From Pirellulales bacterium (GTDB lineage Bacteria > Planctomycetota > Planctomycetia > Pirellulales > UBA1268), in NCBI GenBank assembly GCA_016776925.1, contig JADHSL010000007.1:4821-68820 (forward strand): a DNA stretch of 64,000 nt. Direction: 5' to 3'. The position numbers and the translations under genes were made by a program. How positions within the stretch are numbered: position 1 is the first letter of the stretch; every line of letters begins with the position of its first letter. The notes below the pieces were generated by a model. That model searched no databases. It saw nothing but the letters and a program-made list of their open reading frames with translations, and was not told the DNA's origin. Of this stretch, positions 1 through 10,174 are shown piece after piece.

Positions 1-424
1 ATATCTTCACCTTGAGAGTCGTTGTCTCGGCTGTTAACGCATTTCCTGGACTACGAATTTCCATTTTGAAATGTTCTTCAGCTTCGCCCAAGATATCACT
101 TCGTAGATATTCTGATGCCTCGTCGAGAAACATGCCCTGTTCATCGAAAAATTCTGCCTCGATCGTAACACCCGACCAATCACGTTTGCCAAGATTTTTT
201 ATAAGGCCAGTGACTACGAGCTTGCCTCTTGGAGAATCCTGAAAACTAAGTTTTTTTTCTACTTGCCGTATTACAAGATCCTTTGTTACATCGCCTCGCA
301 ATATGGTTAATTGCGCTAATGGCCAGAACCCTACAAGAAGTAACGGCACAATAAATAGCAACTGCTTCCAACTGTACTGGACGTTTACCGCTGAAACATC
401 AGCACCACAATTCGAACACTTCAT
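1..424 (-). CDS. hypothetical membrane-anchored protein (N-terminal part; the gene runs off the window start), with a CxxC zinc-ribbon-like motif and one TM helix
   Basis: Absent from the ORF track because there is no stop in the window. My translation of the minus strand from the ATG at 424 gives MKCSNCGADVSAVNVQYSWKQLLFIVPLLLVGFWPLAQL...EEHFKMEIRSPGNALTAETTTLKVKI and stays open to position 1. Confidence 0.5.
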   Translation of the reverse strand, partial: MKCSNCGADVSAVNVQYSWKQLLFIVPLLLVGFWPLAQLTILRGDVTKDLVIRQVEKKLSFQDSPRGKLVVTGLIKNLGKRDWSGVTIEAEFFDEQGMFLDEASEYLRSDILGEAEEHFKMEIRSPGNALTAETTTLKVKI

Positions 425-521
425 TGTTACCCCCTTTCCCAACCACCTACTTTACCAATCCGCAAGGAAGACGTGAGCATGGGTTGTCACTATTTTTCAA
501 GTGAACAAAAGATCCCAAAAC

Positions 522-1598
522 CTACTCTTTGCTCAAAACAACCCGTTGAGTCGTTGCATCGGCAGCACAGGCAGACCCAATTTTCCACGATTGCATTCCA
601 TGTTCTTCAAGCTGGTGCATAATGCTCTCAACGAAATGTGGTGACACAATTAACACCATCCCGACACCCATATTGAACACTCGGTCCATCTCTACCTGTT
701 CGATACTTCCAAGTTTTTGAAGCCAATCAAATACTGGCGGGATCTCCCAACTTCCACGCTCGATTTGAATCTGTATTGCTGGTGGCACGATGCGAGCAAG
801 ATTTTCTTCTAGTCCACCGCCTGTGATATGGGCGATACCATGTACTACCTGTTTGACACGATAATGCCGTAATACAGAACGAATTGGCCGTGCATAGAGC
901 TGCGTTGGTTCAAGGAGAAGCTCTCCCACCGTTTTGTCATCACATTCAGAAACTCTATTATCTATCTCGAGTCCAGCTATCTCGAAAACAACCTTCCGAA
1001 CCAAGCTGTACCCATTGGAATGAAAACCCGACGATGCGATACCAATGGCCACGTCACCTGGTTGAATCTGACTTCCATCAATCAGCCGTTTCCGTTCTAC
1101 GACGCCTACACAAAAGCCGGCGAGGTCATAGTCACCTCGGGCATACAGGTCGGGAAGGATCGCTGTCTCCCCACCCACTAGCGCGCAGTCCGATGCGACG
1201 CAGGCGTCAGAAATACCCCTCACGATTGCTTCAAGTCGTTCGGGGTCATCATGCGAGAGTGCGACGTAGTCAAGGAAAAACAACGGCTCGGCACCTGTAC
1301 AGAGCAGGTCGTTGATACTCATCGCAACAAGGTCAATTCCAACCGTGTGATGCACGCCTGTAGTGCATGCCACCTTCAACTTGGTGCCGACGCCATCTGT
1401 GCATGACACCAGAAGTGGATCTTCGTACTGCCGTGCAAAAAGACCCTGCAACTGCAATTGAAAGAGCGCAGCGAATCCACCCTCTTTGCTCATAACGCGA
1501 GGGCATTGCGTCCTCCTCATGTGCGCAGGCAATTTCTCCATTGCCTTTTCATAAAGAGCTAGATCGACGCCAGCACTGGAATACGTTGCACCACTCAC
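522..1598 (-). CDS. purM: phosphoribosylformylglycinamidine cyclo-ligase (AIR synthase)
   Basis: PurM-type motifs are present: DPLLVSCTDGVGTKLKVA, GIDLVAMSINDLLCTGAEPLFFLDY, GGETAILP. I trimmed the start to the in-frame GTG at 1598 (MSGATYSSAGVDL, a typical PurM N-terminus), because the track ORF to 1745 overlaps the end of the upstream gene. Confidence 0.9.
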   Translation of the reverse strand: MSGATYSSAGVDLALYEKAMEKLPAHMRRTQCPRVMSKEGGFAALFQLQLQGLFARQYEDPLLVSCTDGVGTKLKVACTTGVHHTVGIDLVAMSINDLLCTGAEPLFFLDYVALSHDDPERLEAIVRGISDACVASDCALVGGETAILPDLYARGDYDLAGFCVGVVERKRLIDGSQIQPGDVAIGIASSGFHSNGYSLVRKVVFEIAGLEIDNRVSECDDKTVGELLLEPTQLYARPIRSVLRHYRVKQVVHGIAHITGGGLEENLARIVPPAIQIQIERGSWEIPPVFDWLQKLGSIEQVEMDRVFNMGVGMVLIVSPHFVESIMHQLEEHGMQSWKIGSACAADATTQRVVLSKE

Positions 1599-1705
1599 AC
1601 TGATATCTTCCCGTGACACTCTCTTGCTGCAACCCCTACCCAAAACACAGCGAATAGAACCGTTCCCATGTACCGAACCGGCAGCATATGTGGCATCTCT
1701 TTCAC

Positions 1706-2341
1706 TTAACCGTTTGAGCGATTCACCTGAATCGCCTGCATCCACTGGGACTCATCTTCTAACCGAACGACACCAAGTCGATTCGGGGCTTCCGCAGCCA
1801 AGGCTAACGTCACCAGGAGCAGTCCATCAGGCAGTTTGGTTTTTCCAGCGACAAGACACCACGGTGTCTCTGTGAGATCCTGACCACCCACCTGCATGTG
1901 CAGCGCTAGATTATTCGCAAAACCTCCAACACTCACCTGGTTTGGCCATGTGCGAACAATCGGCGTGTCCTCAGCTAAAAATTTTCCTAACCCAGGAACC
2001 AACCCATCGAGAATATTGGGGATTTCTTCATCGTCAGGTAGGTCAATCCGGCCAAGTGGTGCTAACACCACAGCACCAAGCCGCACGGGCATATTATGGA
2101 CCTTCAGATCGGCTCTTTCGTTCTTACCAAGGGGCTCTGCAGCGAGGTCAACAACTCGAAGCGGATCAACCAACGAAACGTCTTCTGGTTTCCTAAAGAG
2201 TTTCACCACCCGTCGCGTCAGGAAGACAAGCACGACCAGCACGAGTAATGCGACACCTACGAGGCGACCAGACGGAGTATTGAGGAGGAGGTCGATGCTC
2301 CGCTGAAGGGCTCCGACCAGTCTTTGAATTACTTGTTGCAT
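1706..2341 (-). CDS. hypothetical single-pass membrane protein
   Basis: 211-aa ORF with an ATG start and one hydrophobic helix (LVGVALLVLVVLVFL). No family recognised. Confidence 0.55.
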   Translation of the reverse strand: MQQVIQRLVGALQRSIDLLLNTPSGRLVGVALLVLVVLVFLTRRVVKLFRKPEDVSLVDPLRVVDLAAEPLGKNERADLKVHNMPVRLGAVVLAPLGRIDLPDDEEIPNILDGLVPGLGKFLAEDTPIVRTWPNQVSVGGFANNLALHMQVGGQDLTETPWCLVAGKTKLPDGLLLVTLALAAEAPNRLGVVRLEDESQWMQAIQVNRSNG

Positions 2342-2420
2342 AGAACGAACCGCCCTTCGCAGAATACTTTATACGAGAACTACTTGATTGGTTTGGGGTT
2401 CCCCAGTGTATCATTCTGCC

Positions 2421-4604
2421 ATGGCAAAAGTTTGTCACACAACTCAGAACCACTCACATGGCCAACGCAGCCTTTCATCGCTGCAATTTGACGCCCCGTT
2501 ACCGTATGGTGCCATCCTTCAAGAAGGTGGATCCAATCGGGCAGACGGCGTTCAATTCGTCGTATTCAGTCGTCATGCAACCGCCATGCGGCTCCTCCTT
2601 TACGACACCCCTGAAGATGGTGAGCCCGTTGAAGTTATCTCATTCGACCCAACGCACGACCGATGGGGTGATGTCTGGAGCATTTTCGTTCCAGGGCTAA
2701 AGCACGGCCAACTGTATCATTTCCAGGCAGATGGCCCGTTCGACCCGTCAGCAGGACATCGATTCGACCCAACCGCGCGACTCGTTGACCCCTACGCAAA
2801 AGCTCTGGCGGGTCATTTTCTCCACCATGACGATAGGATCATCCGTCCGCCCAAAAGCGTCGTAGTAGATGATCGTTTCGATTGGCAGGGCGACAGACAC
2901 CTTCGCCATGAGTTGGCCGACACCATTATCTATGAACTCCATATTCGAGGATTCACGGCAAGCCCATCAAGTGGTGTGGCACATCCGGGAACCTACCTCG
3001 GAGTGATTGAAAAAATTCCATACCTAAAGAGCCTTGGCGTCACAGCAGTCGAACTCATGCCTATTCATGAATTCCCACGTGAATCTTTCGATGGCAATCG
3101 ACGCGACCATGAAAACTATTGGGGGTATGACCCAATAGCATTCTTTGCACCACATCAGGGCTACGCAACTTCAAACCAACCCGGTGGCCAGGTAACTGAA
3201 CTCAAGGAAATGGTGCGTGCTCTTCATGCGGCCGATATTGAAGTTATTCTTGATGTTGTTTTTAACCACACCGCAGAAGGCAGCGGGGATGGACCCACCT
3301 TCTCAATGAAGGGGCTTGAAAACAGCGTGTACTACATGCTGGACAATGAATCTGGTGACTACCATAACTTTTCTGGCTGCGGAAACACCGTGAATGCCAA
3401 CCACCCCGTCGTCAGGGAACTTATATGCCATTGCCTGCGTCACTGGGTACATAGCTATCACATCGATGGGTTTCGTTTTGATCTTGCCAGCATTCTGTCA
3501 CGAGACCGGAATGGGATCATTATTGAGAACCCGCCACTTATTGAGAGCATCACCGAAGACCAGACGCTCGCGGACACAAAATTGATTGCCGAGGCCTGGG
3601 ACGCTGCTGGTGCGTATCAGGTAGGCACATTTGCTACTTCACGCTGGGCCGAGTGGAATGGCCGGTATCGCGATGATGTCAGACGCTACTGGAGAGGGGA
3701 TGAAAACCAGACCGGCAACCTCGCCACTCGGCTAGCTGGGTCGAGTGATCTCTATGCTGGTGAGGACCGACAGCCGTATCACAGTGTGAATTTCATCACA
3801 TCACACGATGGATTTACACTGAATGATCTCGTGTGTTACGACCAGAAACACAATGATGCGAACGCAGAGCACAACCAAGACGGCGACAACAACAATTACT
3901 CATATAACTATGGTATTGAAGGACCCACCGAGGACGCGCACGTCGACTCAATCCGAGTCAAGCAAATACGCAACATGCTTTCAACATTGTTTCTGAGTCA
4001 GGGCGTTCCGATGCTGTTAGCGGGTGACGAATGCCGCAGAACACAACAGGGAAATAATAATGCCTATTGCCAAGATAACGCCATCTCCTGGTTCGACTGG
4101 AACCTACCACGTATTAACGCCGAACTTGTTGAGTTCACGAAAGCCCTCATCCACCAGCGGCTGAATAATCCCACGCTAAGGCGTCGAACGTTTCTACAGG
4201 GAGGATGTAGTGAACAGGGAGTCATACCTGACGTGGAGTGGTTTTCACCAGACGGTAGCCATGTCGACTGGTTTTCAGGTGAACCGAGTCTCATATGTTT
4301 CTTCGGTGCGCCAACAATGGACCAGCCCATCGCGAAAAATGACCGGGTAGCAGATGACCTTGCCGGGACCCCGCAGCACGTCCTTCTTTTTTGCAATGCT
4401 GGTCCGGAAACCCGACGGTTTCTGTTTCCATCATCGCCCGTCATCTTGCAGATGAATTGGAGTATTGCTGTCGACACACGCCAATCACACGATCAAATTC
4501 CGCCGCCTATACCGTTGAAATTCGACTCGACTCGTCCAATCACGCTGCCTGAACGCAGCCTTCTCTGCCTAACGGCCCCTACAACCGGCACTTTTGGCAA
4601 ATGA
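2421..4604 (+). CDS. glgX: glycogen debranching enzyme / isoamylase (GH13, GlgX type)
   Basis: GH13 conserved regions VILDVVFNHTAEG, GFRFDLASIL, EAWDAAG and FITSHDGFTLNDL. The N-terminal CBM48-like region reads GVQFVVFSRHATAMRLLLYD. I prefer the ATG at 2421 to the TTG at 2388. Confidence 0.9.
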   Translation: MAKVCHTTQNHSHGQRSLSSLQFDAPLPYGAILQEGGSNRADGVQFVVFSRHATAMRLLLYDTPEDGEPVEVISFDPTHDRWGDVWSIFVPGLKHGQLYHFQADGPFDPSAGHRFDPTARLVDPYAKALAGHFLHHDDRIIRPPKSVVVDDRFDWQGDRHLRHELADTIIYELHIRGFTASPSSGVAHPGTYLGVIEKIPYLKSLGVTAVELMPIHEFPRESFDGNRRDHENYWGYDPIAFFAPHQGYATSNQPGGQVTELKEMVRALHAADIEVILDVVFNHTAEGSGDGPTFSMKGLENSVYYMLDNESGDYHNFSGCGNTVNANHPVVRELICHCLRHWVHSYHIDGFRFDLASILSRDRNGIIIENPPLIESITEDQTLADTKLIAEAWDAAGAYQVGTFATSRWAEWNGRYRDDVRRYWRGDENQTGNLATRLAGSSDLYAGEDRQPYHSVNFITSHDGFTLNDLVCYDQKHNDANAEHNQDGDNNNYSYNYGIEGPTEDAHVDSIRVKQIRNMLSTLFLSQGVPMLLAGDECRRTQQGNNNAYCQDNAISWFDWNLPRINAELVEFTKALIHQRLNNPTLRRRTFLQGGCSEQGVIPDVEWFSPDGSHVDWFSGEPSLICFFGAPTMDQPIAKNDRVADDLAGTPQHVLLFCNAGPETRRFLFPSSPVILQMNWSIAVDTRQSHDQIPPPIPLKFDSTRPITLPERSLLCLTAPTTGTFGK

Positions 4605-4714
4605 CTGGCTTCTTCTGAACTCTCACTATATTCTTGGGTGTTGTTGCAACTGTTATACAGCTACTGTCTCAGCACTACTACACTTGAATTCTGACACCTT
4701 TGGAGAAGTTCATT

Positions 4715-5464
4715 ATGTCCCGTTGTCAATCTGGTCTTTGTCACATTGCAACCATCATGTTTGCAGGCGCTCCCATCCTCTTGGTTGCCTCGCTGATTCT
4801 AGTTACCGGCTGCGACCAAGTACAAAATCCAGAGGCAGACGCGACCACACAAGTTCAATCGCCCGCTCATGACGACCACGGACACGACGACCACGGACAC
4901 GACGAACACGAACATGACGACCACGAACATGACGACCACGAACATGACGACCACGGGCACGACGACCACGGGCACGACGACCACGGGCACGACGACCACG
5001 GGCACGGACACGAACTGCCTGCAACGGTTGAAGCAGCTATTAAGCAACTCAAAAAAGTAACAAATCAGGTTCGAGCAGCCCTGAAAGACGGTGAAACTGG
5101 CAAGGCTGACAGTCTGGTCCACTCCATTGGACATCTCATTGAGGACCTGAACGAAAAAATTGCCTCGGCCGACGTTGAACAAAAAGTTAAAGATGCAGCC
5201 ACCGCAGCTTCCGAAAAGATATTTGATGCATATGGTGAGCTTGATAGCGTACTTCACGGTGCCAAAGAAGAAATTGAAAACCTTCAATTTAGTGATTTTG
5301 GGCCAGCAATTACCAAAGCCACCAAAACTCTTGAAAGCCTACTTCTTGAAGCAAAAGAAGCGGTAACAGGAGAAACGGCAGAGGACAAGAAACCAAAGGA
5401 AAAGGAAGCGGCTGAACAAAATCCAGCTGACTCCGAAAAACCTAGCGAGAAGTCAGCGGAATAA
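4715..5464 (+). CDS. His/Asp-repeat lipoprotein, putative periplasmic divalent-metal-binding protein with a helical C-terminal domain
   Basis: GGAGAA lies 9 nt upstream of the ATG at 4715. Signal peptide with lipobox LILVTGC. Nine HDDH[G/E] pentapeptide repeats. The C-terminal part is an alpha-helical K/E-rich domain. Confidence 0.75.
   Translation: MSRCQSGLCHIATIMFAGAPILLVASLILVTGCDQVQNPEADATTQVQSPAHDDHGHDDHGHDEHEHDDHEHDDHEHDDHGHDDHGHDDHGHDDHGHGHELPATVEAAIKQLKKVTNQVRAALKDGETGKADSLVHSIGHLIEDLNEKIASADVEQKVKDAATAASEKIFDAYGELDSVLHGAKEEIENLQFSDFGPAITKATKTLESLLLEAKEAVTGETAEDKKPKEKEAAEQNPADSEKPSEKSAE
4868..5014 (+). repeat. in-frame tandem repeat, 9 x 15 nt (cay gac gam cac grr) plus a partial unit, encoding (HDDHG/E)n
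   Basis: Read directly from the sequence: catgacgaccacgga cacgacgaccacgga cacgacgaacacgaa catgacgaccacgaa (x2) catgacgaccacggg cacgacgaccacggg (x3) cacggacacgaa. Confidence 0.95.
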
Positions 5465-5530
5465 ATAGTAACTACTTCGCACTGCGACCGATAACTAGTT
5501 ATAGATTTTCTGAGAACAAGGAGGATTTCA

Positions 5531-6076
5531 ATGAATTTATTTCACACACTATTTAGACCGAAGGCAGCTCTTGCCTTTGCTGTTTTCTTTGGAATGCAAC
5601 TGAGCTTCTATTCCAACGGGAATGCCGCGAGCATTGATATAGACAATGTCCGAACAAGCCTCATGCTCAAAAATGAGCCTGCAGGTGCTATGACACCAAC
5701 CGCTGCAAAGGCCGCCGTCGCAAAGGCACCCAAACAGCTAGTCATCGCAGGACGTATTGCCGGATCGCAAGGAATGGATCCCTTTGTAAAAGGCAAGGCT
5801 TCTTTTGCGATGCTTCAACTTCCCGATGACCATGGCAGTCAACCAGGCCATAATGCCGATGACTGTCCGTTTTGCAAGAAGCGACTTGCCAATGCACCGA
5901 TGGTTGCCGTTCAGTTTGTTGGGGCCGACAACAAGGAGCTACCAATTGACGCACGTGACTTATTCGGGGTCAAGGATGGTGAAGAAGTAGTGATCCGCGG
6001 TGTTGCCAGTTTCAATGCCAAACTTGCTCTTCCTATCATTCAGCTTCAGGCTGATGGCATTTATATTCGCAAGTGA
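5531..6076 (+). CDS. secreted hypothetical protein with an HNADDCPFCKK Cys/His motif
   Basis: GGAGGA Shine-Dalgarno 6 nt before the ATG. N-terminal signal peptide (AALAFAVFFGMQLSFYSNGNAAS). Contains the motif DDHGSQPGHNADDCPFCKK. Confidence 0.7.
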   Translation: MNLFHTLFRPKAALAFAVFFGMQLSFYSNGNAASIDIDNVRTSLMLKNEPAGAMTPTAAKAAVAKAPKQLVIAGRIAGSQGMDPFVKGKASFAMLQLPDDHGSQPGHNADDCPFCKKRLANAPMVAVQFVGADNKELPIDARDLFGVKDGEEVVIRGVASFNAKLALPIIQLQADGIYIRK

Positions 6077-6609
6077 CAAACACTGAGTCTGCACAACAAG
6101 AGACCATTCCCTCCACTGCGTTCAAGGAGTGGGCGGTCATCTGTCGGGCGATCACCACTGGACGACAGGATATCATCCTCCGAAAAGGTGGCATCGTTGA
6201 GCCTGGTGGCAGTTTTCAGCTTCTGGCAGACGACTTCTACCTTCTTCCGACGTTTGTTCATCAATCAAAAGACCACCTAATCCCGTCTGCGCAGGATTTG
6301 ATCATCACTATTGATGAGGATCGACCTCCTGAAGGCACTGTCGAATTTCGGCACAAGATCCACGTTACTGAGTCATTCACAATAAGCCAACCGGATGAAC
6401 TGGCTGCGCTGCGACCTCGTCATGTCTGGTCTGACGCAATTGTGAACGAACGGTTCAATCGCTGGGAGAAAAACTTGCATGTAATTGTTGTTACCGTGAG
6501 CCCCGTCACCCCAGTCATCCAAATTCCATGGGATGACTCATACGGTGGTTGCAAGTCATGGATCACATTCAACCAGACAACGCAGCAGGCTTCATGTCTG
6601 AAGCAGTGA
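6073..6609 (+). CDS. DUF1802-like protein
   Basis: The GTG start overlaps the upstream stop (GTGA). The N-terminus AFKEWAVICRAITTGRQDIILRKGGIVE resembles the DUF1802 family as I remember it. Confidence 0.55.
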   Translation: MTNTESAQQETIPSTAFKEWAVICRAITTGRQDIILRKGGIVEPGGSFQLLADDFYLLPTFVHQSKDHLIPSAQDLIITIDEDRPPEGTVEFRHKIHVTESFTISQPDELAALRPRHVWSDAIVNERFNRWEKNLHVIVVTVSPVTPVIQIPWDDSYGGCKSWITFNQTTQQASCLKQ

Positions 6610-6650
6610 CTTTCTGACTGTGAACGCAACCGGCAACGGATGAACACTCT

Positions 6651-7538
6651 ATGAAGCTATTGAATACCGCGTGGTGTAGAGAGAATCGTGCAAAACCGCT
6701 CGTATTCCTGGGTGCTGTCCTTTTTGCCAGCGGTGTTGCTCACCTTGGTGTCTATTGCATCGACGGAGGGGCGTGGGAAGGTGATATCAGTTGGCGTAAA
6801 CCCATTCTCTTTGGAATTTCTGCCGGACTTACAAGCATTTCAATGGGTTGGGTCTGGGGCAGCCTTTCAACATGGAAGTATGACCGGTTCCTCAGTTGGA
6901 CAGCGGCTCTGGCCCTGCTTCTAGAAGTTGGGCTGATTGATCTCCAGCAATGGCGAGGAGTTGCGAGCCACTTCAACCGCTCCACAGCACTCGATTCTGC
7001 GATCTATAACGTGATGGGTCTTCTTATTTTATGGGTAACCGGTGTCATCATCGCTTTAACGGTGCGTTCATTTACGACGCCTCTCTCACAGCCGACACCA
7101 ATGGTGATTGCAATTCAATATGGTCTTCTCTACCTGACCATCTCGTGCGGGCTCGGTATTCTCATTAATATTAACGGAGACCTCCGTATGCAGCATGGAA
7201 TGCCGCCTGCTCAATATGGCGACGCGGGCGTCCCAAAGTTTCCGCACGGTGTGGTAATTCATGCTCTTCAGTGGCTTCCAATTATTGCATGGGGTGCGGC
7301 ATGGGCTCACTTCTCAACCACAACCCAACGCCGGATCATTCTGTTCGCAAGCCGTGCCTCAGGGCTTTTGCTCGTCTATGCATCGGCTGTCACACTACTA
7401 GGACGTGCTCGCTTCGACGCCCCCCCAGAACTAGCCGTCGTTCTTTATGTCGCTTTGACAACGCTTTTAGGTCTTGGTGCGATTGTCATTTTTGGCATTT
7501 TTAAACATCTACTGGCCACACGCCAGACACCCACATAG
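6651..7538 (+). CDS. polytopic integral membrane protein, family unknown
   Basis: 295-aa ORF with about 8 hydrophobic segments, co-directional with the three preceding genes. Confidence 0.65.
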   Translation: MKLLNTAWCRENRAKPLVFLGAVLFASGVAHLGVYCIDGGAWEGDISWRKPILFGISAGLTSISMGWVWGSLSTWKYDRFLSWTAALALLLEVGLIDLQQWRGVASHFNRSTALDSAIYNVMGLLILWVTGVIIALTVRSFTTPLSQPTPMVIAIQYGLLYLTISCGLGILININGDLRMQHGMPPAQYGDAGVPKFPHGVVIHALQWLPIIAWGAAWAHFSTTTQRRIILFASRASGLLLVYASAVTLLGRARFDAPPELAVVLYVALTTLLGLGAIVIFGIFKHLLATRQTPT

Positions 7539-8295
7539 CGTGAAACAATAATTTCGCGCCCGCGAGAACAAGGACGCACGCGATGCACACCCGCAGTATT
7601 TGCGGCGTAAAGTGAAATGCTCCGAGACGAGAACCAGCCAGCCCACCGACACCAACTGCAACGAGAAGCCCTGGAGCAATACTTGGTAGCGCATTCCCTG
7701 CAGACACCCACCCGACAAGCCCGGCTACTGAGTTGACCACAATAAACATGGCCGATGTTGCAGCAACTTGTTTCACCGGTGCCACCCTCATCGCCAGGAG
7801 AGCTGGCGTAAGAAACACACCGCCACCCACCCCAGTCAGACCCGACAGAAGACCAAGGAGTCCACCTACGATTACCAGCCTTGTTCGTTCTGGCTCTGAC
7901 TGAGTATTCACTACATTCTCATTCAACTCATCGGCATATCCAATACGAACTGCTGAGAGAAGGAGGACACAGCCTACAATTATCTCAAATACTGGCACTG
8001 GTGCCGTGAGCCACCCACCGACTAACGCAGCAGGTATGCTGCCACAGACAAGTGGCAATATGAGGCGTGAACGAAAATAACCCGCCCAGGCAAATTGCGC
8101 CGCCGTGATAACACCGACAACGACATTCAAAATAAGTGCAACCGGTCGAATCGACTCGGCTGAAAGTCCGAAGAGAGTCATGACCGCGATGTAGCCAGTC
8201 GCTCCGGCATGCCCCACTGTCGCATAAACCATCGCTACAAGACCGACGGCAAGTGTCATCACCATCACACGGCACCACGAATCAAGATATCCCAC
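7501..8295 (-). CDS. sulfite exporter TauE/SafE family (DUF81) membrane protein
   Basis: Multi-TM protein with a duplicated G-rich pattern (VGHAGATGYIAV; LTGVGGGVFLTP) typical of TauE/SafE. GTG start at 8295, with an alternative ATG at 8265. Confidence 0.8.
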   Translation of the reverse strand: MGYLDSWCRVMVMTLAVGLVAMVYATVGHAGATGYIAVMTLFGLSAESIRPVALILNVVVGVITAAQFAWAGYFRSRLILPLVCGSIPAALVGGWLTAPVPVFEIIVGCVLLLSAVRIGYADELNENVVNTQSEPERTRLVIVGGLLGLLSGLTGVGGGVFLTPALLAMRVAPVKQVAATSAMFIVVNSVAGLVGWVSAGNALPSIAPGLLVAVGVGGLAGSRLGAFHFTPQILRVCIACVLVLAGAKLLFHAMWVSGVWPVDV

Positions 8296-8391
8296 CCATT
8301 TTAAATCAAGAAAGAAAATACGTACAGCTTCACTGCTTAAACCGACTCACCGTTTTCCATTCGGTCACTTCACGTCTGAACCACGGGGCCT

Positions 8392-8742
8392 TCAAGGTTC
8401 CGGCCTAAACAACTTAAGAAGCCTTTGGGCTTCTTTGCGATCGACCCGCCGCGTTCGGTCTACTGTATCCAAGAACTTTTTCAGTTCCTCCCCTTTTCCG
8501 GCGTCAACAGCAGTAACACCACTGAGTATCTCTTCATACCCTTCTGCCTCGCTTCCTATGGGCTGCCCGACAGCATAGGACTCAAGCAAATTTGCTGCTA
8601 TGTCAACTGGATCCGTTGAATTTTCATGGAGCACTTTATCTTGAACCGACGCAGCGCCACAGCCTTGCACAGTCACAAAGCCAAGCCCTAGGCCGCAGAG
8701 AAGTACACTCCGTTTTAGATGCCTCAGTCGAATTAATGCCAT
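8392..8742 (-). CDS. small lipoprotein, hypothetical
   Basis: Signal peptide with a Cys (LGLGFVTVQGC). Lies directly downstream of the DUF1559 gene. Confidence 0.55.
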   Translation of the reverse strand: MALIRLRHLKRSVLLCGLGLGFVTVQGCGAASVQDKVLHENSTDPVDIAANLLESYAVGQPIGSEAEGYEEILSGVTAVDAGKGEELKKFLDTVDRTRRVDRKEAQRLLKLFRPEP

Positions 8743-8797
8743 AGGTAAAATCTTAACTTTGATAACACTTCTGTTCAGCCACTAGATACTGTTTTAC

Positions 8798-9946
8798 TCA
8801 ATCTGTGATTACTTCTCCGTCCCGCCTGTTCCCAAGACGTTGCCACGTGCGAAGTTGAATCGAATCGTTAAGAAACTGAACGGATGCATCAGCAAAGGCA
8901 ATTGTCACGCCGCCTGGATGTCGACTGCGAGGGGGGAAAAACCCTGTATAACCATCGAAGGGCATACCCGGAGTTCCCTGACCACCTGACGGATATTGCC
9001 AGTTTGGAGGTGCTGCACAGTTAATCAGCGAACTTCCATGTCCCGGCCAACCCCAAAACGAGCCATTGCGGCCATACCAGTCTGTGGCAGCCTCCGCTGA
9101 CTGTCCCCATGTAGTTAATTCCGCCTCAGTAATCCAGTTTCTATCCGCTGCACTTGCCGTCTGACCACGCACATAGTTTCTTGGATATACAGCTTTCGTA
9201 ATGGTCCCTCGCCACGCTGCGGCACCATTACCAGCCAGCATTTCCCCTGCCATTACTGTATTGGATAGACCATCCGTAAATTTTTCTGGTCCATACCCTT
9301 TACCCCACTGCTGCTGAGTGCCACGAGGAACATCTTCATTTCGCCCTGCCTGTGGTTGTGAACAGGTATGGAGTGCACGGCTTCTTGAAGTGAATCCGTT
9401 CGCTCGCGGATATTGCTTTCCTGATGACCAAAAAGTGCAATCGTCAGCCCCGCCGACAAAAATCGTGCTTCCGGTTGAAAGACCATAATTCGAACGCCCT
9501 CCTTCAGGAGCGTCTGGCGAGTCTGTAAAATCACTCGGACACATAAGATTCGTAACGGGCTGTCTCGAGAGGCGATATAATTCGACCTCTGCATTTGCCG
9601 CATCAACTTTAAGCTGAGCACTTATTTGATCGTGCAAACCCATCTGCTCCATCAAAGGCATCAAAAGATAGAAAGCACTCGCGTTCTCCCAATTTCTCCA
9701 GCTGCTTATCGAAGGATCTGGCTGAACCATTCCAGGTGGGAATGCCTGATGAGTGGACAAATGATTATGAGCCGCAAGTGATACCTGCTTCATATTATTA
9801 ACACAGGCGCTGCGCCTCGCCGCTTCCCGTGCCTGCTGCACGGCCGGAAGTAGGAGACCAACAAGAACGCCAATAATCGCAATAACAACCAATAACTCAA
9901 TCAGCGTAAACCCTTTCCTCACCACTGGGTTTCTTACTCTGCTCAT
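8798..9946 (-). CDS. DUF1559 domain protein with a prepilin-type N-terminal cleavage/methylation domain
   Basis: N-terminus [44 protein letters not shown], a planctomycete hallmark. GGAGGAGG lies upstream of the ATG. Confidence 0.9.
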   Translation of the reverse strand: MSRVRNPVVRKGFTLIELLVVIAIIGVLVGLLLPAVQQAREAARRSACVNNMKQVSLAAHNHLSTHQAFPPGMVQPDPSISSWRNWENASAFYLLMPLMEQMGLHDQISAQLKVDAANAEVELYRLSRQPVTNLMCPSDFTDSPDAPEGGRSNYGLSTGSTIFVGGADDCTFWSSGKQYPRANGFTSRSRALHTCSQPQAGRNEDVPRGTQQQWGKGYGPEKFTDGLSNTVMAGEMLAGNGAAAWRGTITKAVYPRNYVRGQTASAADRNWITEAELTTWGQSAEAATDWYGRNGSFWGWPGHGSSLINCAAPPNWQYPSGGQGTPGMPFDGYTGFFPPRSRHPGGVTIAFADASVQFLNDSIQLRTWQRLGNRRDGEVITD

Positions 9947-10174
9947 GGTATTCCTCCTCCACCTTTATGATTTTAGAAACAAATAGCATAGTGCTCAAAC
10001 CATGTTGAATGCAAAACAAACCTTACGTAGTGCCAGCTCGTTCATTATTTCAACACTGGTTAGTACCAATTCTTGCTTCAATTTTACAAAGAAGAATATC
10101 TTGTGTAATACTTCAATTTGATAAGCATTTTTCAATAAAAAGAGATTACTACCTCATACAGCGAAAAGACTACC

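Noticed and set aside
12-242. Track ORF 12..242 (+), 76 aa.
   Set aside because: It lies antisense to a longer, more protein-like minus-strand frame that starts at the ATG at 424 and has a TM helix. It has no ribosome-binding site or recognisable family.
4868-5014. Possible CRISPR-like array, because of the regular short repeats.
   Set aside because: The units are 15 nt long, directly adjacent with no spacers, in frame and inside a CDS. No cas genes are present.
4799-5287. Several track ORFs on both strands across the repeat (4799..5287-, 4803..5024-, 4867..5052-, 4869..5060+) encoding V/R/S/T-rich repeats.
   Set aside because: They are alternative-frame read-outs of the 15-nt tandem repeat. 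Only the +frame gene has a signal peptide/lipobox, a ribosome-binding site and a non-repetitive folded C-terminal domain.
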